Assembly: GCF_018977255.1 (NCBI RefSeq)
Contig: NW_024704743.1
Location: forward strand, 70,620,001-70,684,000
Direction: 5' to 3'
Source of the DNA: Callorhinchus milii
Taxonomy: Eukaryota
Length of the DNA: 64,000 bases
The notes below the pieces were generated by a model. It worked only from the letters and a program-made list of their open reading frames with translations, made no database searches and was not told the DNA's origin. Below, piece by piece: positions 11,414 through 22,367 of this stretch (positions within the stretch are counted from its first letter, which is position 1; each line of letters starts with the position of its first letter). A program made the position numbers and the translations under genes.

Positions 11414-12490
11414 ACTTGTTAACAAGCGACTTACTGAGTCCATTCCACTGGAAAGGGGGGTAAGGCAACACTGGCCATTGTCATCCATCTTGTTTGATGT
11501 GTTTATCTACGACATGTTGGATGGCATCAAGGGACTTGTTGTACATGTTCCAGGCCTCTCTGACAGGATTGCAACACTTCTGTTTGCAGATGATATTGTG
11601 CTGCTGGCAGACCCACCTGACGTTGCACCTGCCATCTTGAACATTGGGCCAACCGGTGGGACACCGTGGTGGGTGCGGAATTGCACAGCCCAAGGGAAGA
11701 AATTGAAGTAATTGATACAAGGGGCTTCAGTCCCAGTTTTTGTCTCTTATTGGTACCTCAGGGTCGTGGTGGGCATCAGCTTCAGCCTAAACACTGTCCT
11801 GAGAGAGACCGCGCTGGAAAGGGGTGAAGGGCACTCTGGTCATGTTCAACACTCTTCAAGGATAGCAAGGTCCCAATGCAAGTCAAATTTGCAGCATATA
11901 AGACCTGTTTGCAAACAGTCCTACTTTATGGATCCAAGATCCTGGGATGCAGCTCTCTGCTGAATTTGCTTCCTCTGACCCATTTACAAAGTCGAGGATC
12001 AAGCAGTGCTGTGGATTTATGCCAAACACAGATAGTGTTTGCAGGGAGTGCTCCGACCTACACTGACCTGTCTCTAAGCATCCTGGAGAGGGACTTGGCT
12101 TCACAGCGGGCATGTCTGTTTGCCAAGGGCCCTCACAGTTGGTGCTGAGTAAGCCTGGTACGTGGCATTACATTGGACTTCGAGTACATCAAGGTGTCTG
12201 GAACGCCACAATCTGTCCTGTTCAGGCCCTCCCACCTCACTGAAGTCAGATAGCTAATGGGAAAACTCTGAGGCTTGGGGGAACACCTGCTGGAAGGTGT
12301 TACCTGGAGTCCGAGTTGGTGAATACACGTTCGTGCATCCAGTGCCTGGAATCCACCTTGACTGGCCTGTTGAGAGGCAAGCAGCTGCTGCTTAAACTCC
12401 CCACCTCCATTGCTCAATAGGAAAGGATGTGTGCACGAGTTGCGGGTAGGACAACGGTGCCTACCAGGAAGCTCTCTGTTAGTTCCTTGA
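11414..12490 (+). mobile_element. Decayed non-LTR retrotransposon RT and C-terminus, not L2/CR1 (RTE/RTEX-like)
   Basis: In-frame LVNKRLTESIPLERGVRQHWPLSSILFDVFIYDMLDG...VPGLSDRIATLLFADDIVLLAD, then IQGASVPVFVSYWYL and KFAAYKTCLQTVLLYGSKILG. Confidence 0.85.
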
Positions 12491-12499
12491 ACCTACCAT

Positions 12500-12785
12500 T
12501 CACACAGTGAGGGCATATTTACCAAAAAGAGCAAGAAGAGAGGTGAGGAGAATTTGTTTTAAACAGAGGATCGTAAGGATGTAGAATGCCCTATCAGCAA
12601 CCATAGTTGAAGCAAAATCTATATCAGCTTTTAAGAGAGAATTGGATACATATCAGAAAATGAGAAATTTAAAAGGATATTGGGAATAGGCAAAAGAATG
12701 AGATTAAAAGTGTAGCTCTTTCAAAGAGCCAGCACAGGAGTGATGGGCTGAATGGTGTCCTTCTGTGCTACAGCTCTATGTGTCC
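12500..12785 (+). mobile_element. CR1 3' end
   Basis: GAGGAGAATTTGTTTTAAACAGAGGATCGTAAGGATGTAGAATGCCCT...GATGGGCTGAATGGTGTCCTTCTGTGCT. Confidence 0.85.
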
Positions 12786-14104
12786 CTTTAAATGTGCAAT
12801 AACAAGATTTGGCTACATTTATACTCAGACTAATATTGAATTATACAAAATTCTGATAAGGGACAGAAAAATGTTTAAGCAATATCGAACAACAAAGGAT
12901 AATTGAAAGTTAAGTTGTTTTTGGTGAATGTTCTCTTTAAAGCAATAACAGGCTAAATTAAATTCTGTGCACAGCTCCCCTAATTTGTCTTTAATTAAAC
13001 AATATTTCTTAAATGGTGCATTCAGTGACCAACTGTTCAGAGACAGTGAAATGATGGGTCCCAAGCTATTAGGATTAGATATAAGTCACTCCCCCGAGAG
13101 CCAGCTTGTGTCTAGTGTACCTAAGTGACAACTGATCATTTTGGAAAAGATAATTAACTTTTCCTTTACACACATTGCCTGGCACCGTACGTTCTTTGTG
13201 CAACTTCTCACAATGTGTACAGACCGTCAACGGTCAACATTAAATGTCAGACATGGAAATGAATGCTTCCAGCTTCCGTAGCATTGGGCCAGATATTTGA
13301 CACACACTGTGTGAAGTTGCACATGTTATAATCCTACAAATGTGGTTCAGTGTGTAGTAAGTCCAAGGAAAGAGAGACATTCAAATGGAAAATGAGGATT
13401 ACATTAAAATCATTTAATTTCCTGGTGAATGTTTGCACTTGTACTTAGCACAGTATAAACATTACTAAGAATGACACCACTTCATGCAGATGCCTGTTAC
13501 ACACATAAGATCTATTACTCAACCGCAGCATTCTTTCACTTGTCCTGGTAACGATAACGAGCACCTAATTGCCAAAAAAATAATTAACTGCAGTCCATTC
13601 AGAAATGCAGGTGACAAGGGGAGCCATGAGTCTCCAAGTGCTCAGTCCCTGAGGATCAATAAGCCTCACAGACAGTTCGATAAACTCGAAATTGGCTGAC
13701 ATTACTTGCACCACAGAGACAGGACATATGTTGCAAAAATACAGTTTGGCTGAGTGACATGAAGACAGTTTGCAGAATGTTTAGTAAAATCAGCTGCAAC
13801 ACCTTTAGTTAATGATAATTTAAAGGTACACATGCACGATAAGTTTAAAGATATACATGCACTATCATCTTTATAATTAATTTACAATATGCCTAAATAA
13901 ATGTAGTATCTTTTGAAAATTATATCCATTGAATCATCACATTGTTACATAAATTTCGGCACATCATTGCCAATATTGTAATATGATACCTTGGAAATCC
14001 AATAACTGTTCTGCTAGTTTGTCTTTTAACATTACAATTTCTTCAGCACCAATGAGCTCTGCGATTCATGAAATGCATATTAACATATCAATATTTACCT
14101 AAAC

Positions 14105-14250
14105 CACAGAACCATGAAAATAAATAGCACTGGAGAAGGCCTTTGGTCCATCATGTCTATGATGACTCTTTTAAAGAGAAATTCTTTCAATCCCATTTGC
14201 ATACTTTTTTACTCATACCCCTGTAGTTTACTACTTTTTAGATATCTATG
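14105..14250 (-). mobile_element. CR1 3' tail remnant
   Basis: GCACTGGAGAAGGCCTTTGGTCCATCATGTCT...CTCATACCCCTGTAG, the reverse of a CR1 tail. Confidence 0.6.
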
Positions 14251-14599
14251 ATACCTACAAGAATTATTAATAAAGAGGCATTTTTCTTTGTGATATATAT
14301 ATATATTGTAATTGATACAAGGAACTACTGATGTCTATGTTGGGGAAGGGATTATTTCTAGACTTGTGTGCACTTTGTAGTTTATGTACTTACTGACCAC
14401 AAACAATTAGGACCCAATATTCATCCATAATTCACCTAAGATTATGTACATATTCCACATGACATGTTGAATAGACCCAGGGTGTATCCAAGAAATAATT
14501 CTACATTACCTTTTAAGAACAAAATCCAGAAATAATAACGATAGACTCAAGAGGTATTACAATTTATTCTGCTTCAGTAACAATGATCTTTTCTGTAAG

Positions 14600-14990
14600 T
14601 TATTTCAAGAACCGCAGAATACCGGTTTCAAAGTTAAGACTAAATTCAACCATTTGCCAAATTCTGGCCACTCTAAAATGTTACACGAATTGAGTAAATC
14701 TAGAACTTGGTGGAATTTTTCTCGTAATATGTTTCTGATTGGATATTACTGGGGAGAAATTACTCTATTATCTCAACTTACTCTATAAAAATAACATTTT
14801 AAAGTGTCTAGAATTTTGAAAATTGTTGAATTCACTTTTAGTTATGAAGCCAATTTTTTGTGTGTGAAGTTCTCAAAAGAAACATAGAAGAACAGCTTCA
14901 AATTAAGGCTGTTTTCAGAATTTGCCAAATTCTGAAATTTAAAATGGTGCATAAATGCATTAAATCTTGACTGAGGTGGACTTTCTCATC
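14600..14990. repeat. Fold-back family copies (half copy 14600-14720; palindrome about 14795-14945)
   Basis: TTCAAAGTTAAGACTAAATTCAACCATTTGCCAAATTCTG and CTTCAAATTAAGGCTGTTTTCAGAATTTGCCAAATTCTG; the second pairs with 14810-14850. Confidence 0.65.
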
Positions 14991-15954
14991 CTCCATGTTC
15001 ACATCATTACTTGCTTACTATGATGGTAATACTGAAACATATATTGTACTCAGCACCAAAGTTTATGCTACAACAGAATGTAACTGTGTGACTATGTCTT
15101 TTTAAATATTTAGATGCAGAAATGTTAACCTGATTTCCAGCAAAAAGATGCTTTCAAACCTGGTCATGCATAAACTCTGGTTTATTTCCCCTTATAACTG
15201 AACCAATGACCCACGAGCATATCTGTTCTAAAAAAAACTTACGGTATTGCTTTAGTTTCCAGTTAATTTGACCAATTTAGTAAAACAAAATGGAGCTGTT
15301 GGCAATGTTTGGATGAATTGATATGATTATTTGATAATTATTTTTTAATTATTTGACCAAATTTTGAAAAAGCATATAGATTATGTTTTGTCAGTGGACA
15401 ATAATTTCAATGATAGAAACTTAAAAATGATGTTGGAATTCACATACAGTTGGCTAATAATCCCCATGTTGATGCTTTTTTAACGAGAATAATTTGACAG
15501 ACCCACGAGATTTATGCATCCATAAAAATTTTGTTCAGGATTATTTCATGACTGGTTAAACTGATTTGATGAAATTAATAAATTTGAGGGAAAAAATTAA
15601 ATACTTAATGTGGCAAATGTAAATGGAACTTTTAGCAAGAAAATGCAACAGGGATTCCCTCCACATGGAGCGGCAGACTAGTGGGATCTGAGTTGAAAAC
15701 CAAATTGAATCATTTCATGTTTTTTATTTGAATTTTGATCATATTGTGTGGCCTCTATAAATTACAGCATATATCACATGTACGATATACTCTGTAATCC
15801 CCACTCTGTTTCCGAATAACCTTCTGCCTTCGAGATAGTGGATGAGCCCAAAGTTTTTAGCTTCCATTCATGAAGAACTGCATACTTGTTCAGTTAAAAC
15901 AATTTAAAAAGAGAATTGGCAAAGACAGTGGCAAAGACTTTGGCTGAATTACTA

Positions 15955-16205
15955 ATAATTATTTACAAATCAATTCATACCCTGGCACGTCCCTACCTGT
16001 CCAACCTGCTTACATACCATTCCACTACCTTCCCTTTGGTCAGCCAGCTCCTGCCATTCAGCTACAATGCCCCAAGTTTCTGGAACTCTCTGCCTCATTC
16101 CTTCCACTTCGCCCCCTCCTTGCCCATATTCATCACATCTGAAGACCTTCCTATTTGACCATACCTATGGTCGCCTCCCCCTTCTCCCTGGCTGGGTGTC
16201 AAGCT
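15955..16205 (+). mobile_element. Old L2 3' fragment
   Basis: IYKSIHTLARPYLSNLL and APSFWNSLP...HLKTFLF L2 motifs. Confidence 0.8.
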
Positions 16206-16546
16206 CCACCAGGACTATGAGATACTGGCAAAGATCCTGTTATGCACTTGTGCATGGTTGGTTGCATGTGTCCAAGGTCACTCAAATAAAATCAAGTATT
16301 TTGGATCTTCAAGCAGCTAAAGGTGATGATACACAACTATTTTAAGCATTCATGCACATCCATAAATCTGTACAGCAAAAGTGATCTTGCTGAATTTTCT
16401 GATCTAAGGCATTTGGAAAATTGAATGCCACAACATCAATGAATTGTAAATTATGAGGAGCTTTATGTGATGTTGATTGGGGCAATCCCAAAGCTAATAT
16501 CAAAATAGTTTGTCTGCAGCCAAGTTTAGTATTGAGAATATTAATA

Positions 16547-16735
16547 GAGTGAAACTCTGATAACTCCTCACCCCAAGGGAAATAGCTCAAAATACTACTT
16601 ATTAGAGTTGACTAGTTATCCAAAGTACAGTATTTCGAAAGTACAAAGTACTTGAATAACCAGCACATTGAGTGAGGTGACTAGTTATGTGGGGTCGACG
16701 ACTTATCCTAGGGGCGAGTTTTCAGAGCCTCACTG
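16547..16735. mobile_element. Tc1/mariner-pogo-type MITE
   Basis: TA|GAGTGAAACTCTGATAACTC ... GAGTTTTCAGAGCCTCACTG|TA: imperfect TIRs with TA on both sides; subterminal GACTAGTTAT repeats. Confidence 0.75.
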
Positions 16736-16892
16736 TATTAGTATTCTCAATATTATACTTAGCTGCAGACACATTTTGATATTAGTTTTGAAATTGCCCC
16801 AATCAACATCACATGAAGTTCCTAATACCATTAAACACTATTTTTGATGCTGTTTGCCTGCCGAGTCATAAAAGAACCCATAATATGATTAA

Positions 16893-17083
16893 AAAAAAGA
16901 AGGGGGTTTCTCCTTGTGTCCTGGCCAATATTTTTCCACTTAAACTCACATCCTGACTGTATTTGTGGAATAAATTGTCTGCCATGCTCAAAAAACAGTT
17001 ACTACACTTAACAGGAATTGCTATGAAGTGCTTTGAGACATTCAACATGACGAGGCATTATATAAAATACAAGGATTATTGTT
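16893..17083 (+). mobile_element. Deu-SINE 3' half
   Basis: GAAGGGGGTTTCTCCTTGTGTCCTGGCCAATATT...CAAGGATTATT. Confidence 0.8.
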
Positions 17084-17216
17084 GTTTTTCTGTATTACCA
17101 AACTGAATATTCATCACTGTTTAACAATGGAATCAGCTATAATATTTTTGATGTTAGTCTTGCCCCCTGTTTAATTATTTAGGATATTTGGTTCTAATTT
17201 ATGGTATTTCTTGATC

Positions 17217-17639
17217 AGTGTGGTGCAGTAGTAGCACTTTCAAATCTGATTTCAAGCCTCACATGGGGATTTGGAATTATATACAATTACTAAGCTGACA
17301 CTCCAATGTCCTGCTGGGGGGTGTTGCATTATCGGAGGTCCTGTGCTTCAAATGAGATGTTTAACTGAGGTGCCATCTGCCTGTTTAGGTGCATGTTAAA
17401 GATCCCATGGCACTATTTGAAAAGAGGAGGGAGTTTCTCCTGGTGTCCTGGCCAACATTCCCCAAATACAATTGGTGACTCATTCCATGGCTGTTTGTGG
17501 GACATTAGTATGCGCAATTGGCTGTCCAGTTTTGCCCACAAAATAAACAATCAATCCATTTTACAATATATCCTTGAAGCGCTTTTATCAATGATGTGAT
17601 AAGGCTCCATATCAAATGCAAGAATTACTATTATTATTA
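17217..17639 (+). mobile_element. Deu-SINE, near full length
   Basis: Decayed tRNA head; core ATGTTAAAGATCCCATGGCACTATTTGAAAAGAGGAGGGAGTTTCTCCTGGTGTCCTGGCCAAC; (TTA)n tail. Confidence 0.88.
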
Positions 17640-17640
17640 C

Positions 17641-17886
17641 CTTAAGCATAGTGATGGGTTTCAACATGTGTCAGACATCTGGCTGAACAAAAAAAATTGC
17701 TAAAGGAGATAGAAATGTTTCATATTAATTTTACGATAACTCCTACTCCTTACAACTGTTTTGCCCCTCCAAGGCTTATCGATGAGTTAGGCTGGCTGGT
17801 CTATCATCAGAGGTGCCCAAGAGTATGTAGCCCTGCCTGGCTCAGGAACCAGACTAACGAGACCACCACAGATGGTTGACTCAATT
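17641..17886 (+). repeat. Unclassified repeat, modules A+B
   Basis: CTTAAGCATAGTGATGGGTTTCAACATGTGTCAGACA (A); GCCTGGCTCAGGAACCAGACTAACGAGACCACCACAGATGGTTGACTC (B) matches the reverse of 52510-52620. Confidence 0.8.
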
Positions 17887-17924
17887 GTATATTAATTTTA
17901 ATTCAATTGGCAACTTTTCAACAC

Positions 17925-18135
17925 TTTTTGTTATGGCAGATTGCCAAAATAGTTTTGTTATTAATATAATTATATTAAATGGCAGATTGCCAGCTTTTTA
18001 AATTATTAATATTATATTAAAAGTCAGATTGCCCAGATTGTTTTGTTATTATTATATTAAAAAGAGGACGGTCAGAATTGTTTGTATTATGTTAAAAGGC
18101 AGGTGGCCAGAACTTGTTTTTAATTATTATATTAT
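17925..18135 (+). repeat. Degenerate minisatellite, about 40-50 bp unit, about 5 copies
   Basis: Recurring ATTATATTAAA(A)TGGCAGATTGCCAG...TTGTTTTGTT. Confidence 0.75.
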
Positions 18136-18900
18136 TCATATAATTTATTTGAATAAATTATTGATATTTTTCCCAGATTTTCTCCATGTATTTTTATAAC
18201 ACAGACAAAGAAAAATCAGGTAAGTATAAGCACAAAACAAAGCCCAGTTCTCCACCTCCACCCCTCAGGGAACTGATGACGGTGGTACCTGGAAATCATA
18301 AGTGCCATATAATATTCTGCAGATGCAAAAATGCCTACACATCCATTCCCAAAAGCATTTTGTGATGCTGAATCTTTGCCCTCAACACTTCTGTTTGTTC
18401 TCCATTGAAGTGTTTGGTACTATACGCCTGTTCCTACTAGCCTTATTCATAGGTTACTTGAGTGTGAGGGAAATGCATGCAAAATGCATGGAACTTCACA
18501 TGTGCTGTGAAACCCCACCTGAATCAGGTAAAATCAAAGCAGTGGATCTGGATTGAACTCTCGTAAGGTTTAACATCAAAAACCACAAAAGAATTTGAGA
18601 TGTGTTTGTTTACAAAATACATCTTAAACTTTCCTCATAAAATGTTGTTACTATTGAATTATTTTCTTGATAAAGAAGAGCACGGAATTTCCAACCATTG
18701 ATTGCCTTAAATAATTTTACGAAAAACTTTTTTTTTAAAAAAGGGCATTTTTAATATCAGTGCAAAAGAGTAAGAATTTTCTTCAAAACCTACCTTTTAA
18801 GTTTTGTACTTTTTCTGTTCCTGTGATTGCATTGACTTCTCATAGTCAACCATCAACATAGGATCTTTGTAAACAAACACTGAAATTGTCATTATCCTCC

Positions 18901-18978
18901 ATAAATAAATAAATAAATAAATAAATAAGCAAACAAGCAAACAAGCAAACAAATCAATCAATCAATCAATCAATCAAT
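18901..18978. repeat. Compound microsatellite (ATAA)n(GCAAACAA)n(ATCA)n
   Basis: Read directly from the sequence. Confidence 0.95.
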
Positions 18979-19048
18979 CCAACCTTGGTTTCAAGCCAGT
19001 CTGCCAGTTCTCTGTCCAGCAGTACTGAACTGCTAATCATGCAGACTC

Positions 19049-19272
19049 ACAAAAACAGAAGTCGCTGGTAAACATTCAGCAGGTCAGGCAGCATGTATGG
19101 AGAAAGGAAAGTGAATCAACATTTCGGGTCCACGATCCTTCGTCTGATGGGTGGACCCGACACGTTGACTCACTTTCCTTTCTCCGTAGATGCTGCCCGA
19201 CCTGCTGAGTGTTCCCAGCGACTTCTGTTTTTGTTTCAGATTTCCAGCATCTGCAGTATTTTGCATTTTGTT
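19049..19272. mobile_element. Penelope-like palindromic terminal-repeat remnant with a decayed hammerhead core
   Basis: Inverted arms 19049-19130 and 19154-19234; minus strand CAGACGAAGGATCGTGGACCCGAAATGTT; tail TTTCAGATTTCCAGCATCTGCAGTATTTTGC. Confidence 0.75.
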
Positions 19273-19827
19273 TAGACTCGTAAAGATGTTTTATTAAGAT
19301 GACCAATATTTCTGGCAAAGGTCATTTGGGAGGGGAAGGGGTGTAACTGGTCTAATGTTATTTGGTCATAATAATACAGGTATTGATTTAAAGACATTAC
19401 TTTAAACAATACTTTTTTATTCCATTCAGGTTTACTGCCTTCTAATTTTTCATTTTCTTGATGTTAGACTTTTACATTCGCATATTTTTCAACTATTGTT
19501 AAACTTGATTCACAAATTAAAGACGAGACTGCAATTCTCTTTCCTCAGCCTAAATTCCCATCTGGCCTGGTCCATTAATAAAAAATAAGTGACTTACGTT
19601 TGATATAATGACTTTCACATTGACAAATACCTCCCCAGGATTCACTGTAAAGTGTAGTGACTGTGACTGTGTATTTTGCAGGCAAACATGGAGGTTTTTT
19701 TTGGAACTTCAGGAACAATAAGTAGTGAATCAAATTTGAGTCAAAATCCATTTGTGACAGCCATTATATCCAACCCTTTCTTACACTTGGAATTTGTTGC
19801 TCTTCATAAGTACAGTGGCAAATGTAC

Positions 19828-20178
19828 TGTAGCAGGAATTGCGGCCTCAGGGCAGGAAGGCTCGGGGGTGGAGCATGTTGTATAGAGGTGACGACCCCCC
19901 TCCATCTCTTCCTCCCGTGCCTGGGCTTAGACTGAGAAGGGTGGAAACTGTGGGCTGGCACGGGGTTGGGAGCAAGAGGCCCAGGCCACATGGCTGGCCC
20001 GAGGTTGGTTAATCATTAGTGCAAGTGAACAGGTTTGTAAGAGAGATGTAAGTACTAACTGCGAGCCGAGGTGCAGTTGTTGCTGTTCCACGTTTCCCCC
20101 CGCCTCAGTTTAAAACTATCTTATAGTGAGAGCCTCCATGTGTTCGCATCAGCCTGGCTTGGGGGTGTCTGCGCTACA
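19828..20178 (+). mobile_element. Probable solo LTR (351 bp)
   Basis: GC-rich block with sharp edges, starting TGTAGC and ending GCTACA; no matching TSD; strand uncertain. Confidence 0.55.
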
Positions 20179-20619
20179 GAGTTAAAAGTTGGGTTTCATT
20201 TTGCCGTCCTAATTGCAAGTGTCCTCATTCTTCCAGTGAATCAATTACCTTTACACACAAAAATATACATTGTGTTCCCCCAGCCCACAAGCACCTTTTA
20301 GGAACTCAGAATTAATGTCGATCACACCTTGGTATATGGATCAAGAAATATTCAATCAAGAAAATTAATTTTGTTGGCTGACCATAAAGGTCCTTCTAGT
20401 GCGATTACCAAACTCCTGTCACCAAACAATTACACAAAGTGCAGGAGCTATCAATGTCTGCAGCATAGTGATTTATTTTGACATCAGACTCTGTCACTGT
20501 AAAGCGCTCTGAGATACTGTTCAGGGTGAAGGGTGCTACATCAATGCAAACCAACCATCAACTAGTAAATTCCCACAAATTGGGCATTCTCTGTTGTTGA
20601 AAAGTCACACTCACTGTCT

Positions 20620-20922
20620 ACGCCATACCATCGGTGGCCGGGCTTTCAGCCTCTCAGCCCCGAGGCTCTGGAACTCCATCCCCCAGTGCCTTCGCCTCGC
20701 TTCCTCCCTTTCCTCCTTCAAGGCCGGTCTCAAGACCTTTCTCTTCAACCATGCCTTCACCTCCCCTTTCGACTCTCTACCCTCTCCTCGCTCCCTCCCT
20801 TCCCTCTCCTCACCCTGACCATTTCCCCCCTGCTCGGGTCCTGACCCAACTGTCCAGCGTCTTGGGACGTCTTCCCGACGTGAAAGGCGCTCTATAAATG
20901 CAATCTTGTTGTTGTTGTTGTT
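20620..20922 (+). mobile_element. Young L2 3' end
   Basis: TIGGRAFSLSAPRLWNSIPQCLRLASSLSSFKAGLKTFLF, then the 3' UTR stem-loop and (TTG)n. Confidence 0.92.
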
Positions 20923-21324
20923 GGTCTCCTTTACCCTGTGTATTGCATCATGAGCACATACCAGCCTTGCCAATCTCCTGCACAGTAGAAGGAACAGTAC
21001 AAGATGGTTTTGATAAACTTATACATGAGGTCAATTGATCTTTATTAAACTTCTGACTACAAAAATGATCTTTAAAAGCATACATGCAGGAAATGCAGTT
21101 TGTGAAAAATATACAAAGACAATTATTAACAGTTAGCTAGAACTTGCATGCATGACTATCATATAAAATATTTATCAAAGTCTTCTGCATATGAAAGGGC
21201 ATTGAACATGAAAGATTATTGCAAAGCTAATAGTACATTTTGGTTAATTAAATGTAGAGTCTTAATATCATTGTATCCCATATCTACATCAGATACAAAG
21301 CATAGTCAAGTGCGTATATGTTAA

Positions 21325-21440
21325 TCAAATGTTTCACCCACAAAATATACAGTCAAAATTTACAGTATATCCTAAGAAGCACTTTGAGACATCTTGATGA
21401 TGTGATAAAGCGCTATATCAAATGCAAGGATTATTATTTA
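21325..21440 (+). mobile_element. SINE 3' fragment
   Basis: CCCACAAAATATACAGTC...GCGCTATATCAAATGCAAGGATTATT. Confidence 0.85.
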
Positions 21441-21551
21441 TTATAAATACTGTAAACATGCCCAAAAAGATGACCACAAACATATAAAGAATGAAAATAA
21501 TATTAGCCTTGTGACAACCACAAATAGTAAACATATCAATAGGCTGAGGTT

Positions 21552-21855
21552 AGGGCAAAATGTTGGACAAGCTCCCTTACTCCATACGCCTCTGTTTACC
21601 TAACAGTAAGTAGGAACCCAGTTGTTAGTCGATTGGTGGATCGCTTTTCCAGGGGAATAATTCCTTAAAAAAAAGTAATAAGAATTGGTCACTAAATCCC
21701 TGACTGTATGTGGGACACTATTGTGTGCAATTGGCTGCCACTTTCGCACACAAAATATACAGTCAATTGACTTTACAGTATATTCTGTGAAGTGCTTTGA
21801 GGCATCTCAGCGACCTGATGAGGCACTATATTAAATGCAAGGGTTATTATTATTA
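21552..21855 (+). mobile_element. Young tRNA-SINE, long variant, 5'-truncated
   Basis: Contains the TCTGTTTACCTAACAGTAAGTAGGAACC internal block and the shared 3' tail. Confidence 0.9.
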
Positions 21856-22049
21856 ATCAGCTTTGGCTTATAACTTGTATAATTTGGCTTATAATTTGGT
21901 GTGTATTTTACCTAAATGCGTTTTGTGCTGGGGGCTATCTAGCTGAAGGTGTTACTTCTTTATACCTTAATATATCAGCTTGGACCTGTGGGAGTAACAC
22001 AATGTAGGCTGATCACACCATCTACGCGAGGGGTCTAATACCAAGAGCT

Positions 22050-22367
22050 GGAGTCCTGTAGCTCAGTGGTTAGAACACACGCCTTGCAGGCGAGACACCT
22101 GGGTTCAATTCCAGGCAGGGCGAAACCTTGGGCAAGTTTCCTTACTCCCCACGCCTAATAATAATCCTGCGAAACAAAACAATAATAAATTGGTTATTTT
22201 CAATCCACGACTGTTTTTGGGACATTGCTGTCCGCAATTGGCTGCCACGTTTCTCCCACAAATATACAGTCAATTCACTTTACAGCATATTCTGTGAAGC
22301 GCTTTGAGACGTCGAGAAGACGTGAAAAGCGCTATATCAAATGCAAGGACTTTTATTATTATTATTA
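22050..22367 (+). mobile_element. Young tRNA-SINE, short variant, full length
   Basis: GGAGTCCTGTAGCTCAGTGGTTAG (A box), GGTTCAATTCC (B box), L2-type tail, (TTA)n. Confidence 0.93.

Noticed and set aside
13920..14080. Possible hAT transposase remnant on the minus strand
   Set aside because: Only a vague resemblance, with no diagnostic motif.
17925..18135. CRISPR-like array
   Set aside because: Eukaryotic context, degenerate units, no unique spacers and no cas genes.
18272..18300. CTGATGA...GAAA hammerhead-like strings (also near 41433 and in module B)
   Set aside because: Helices I and III cannot be formed, or GAAA is absent.
22050..22122. tRNA genes at the GGAGTCCTGTAGCTCAG heads (six loci)
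   Set aside because: Each continues into a SINE body and tail, and anticodons vary between copies; these are SINE heads.
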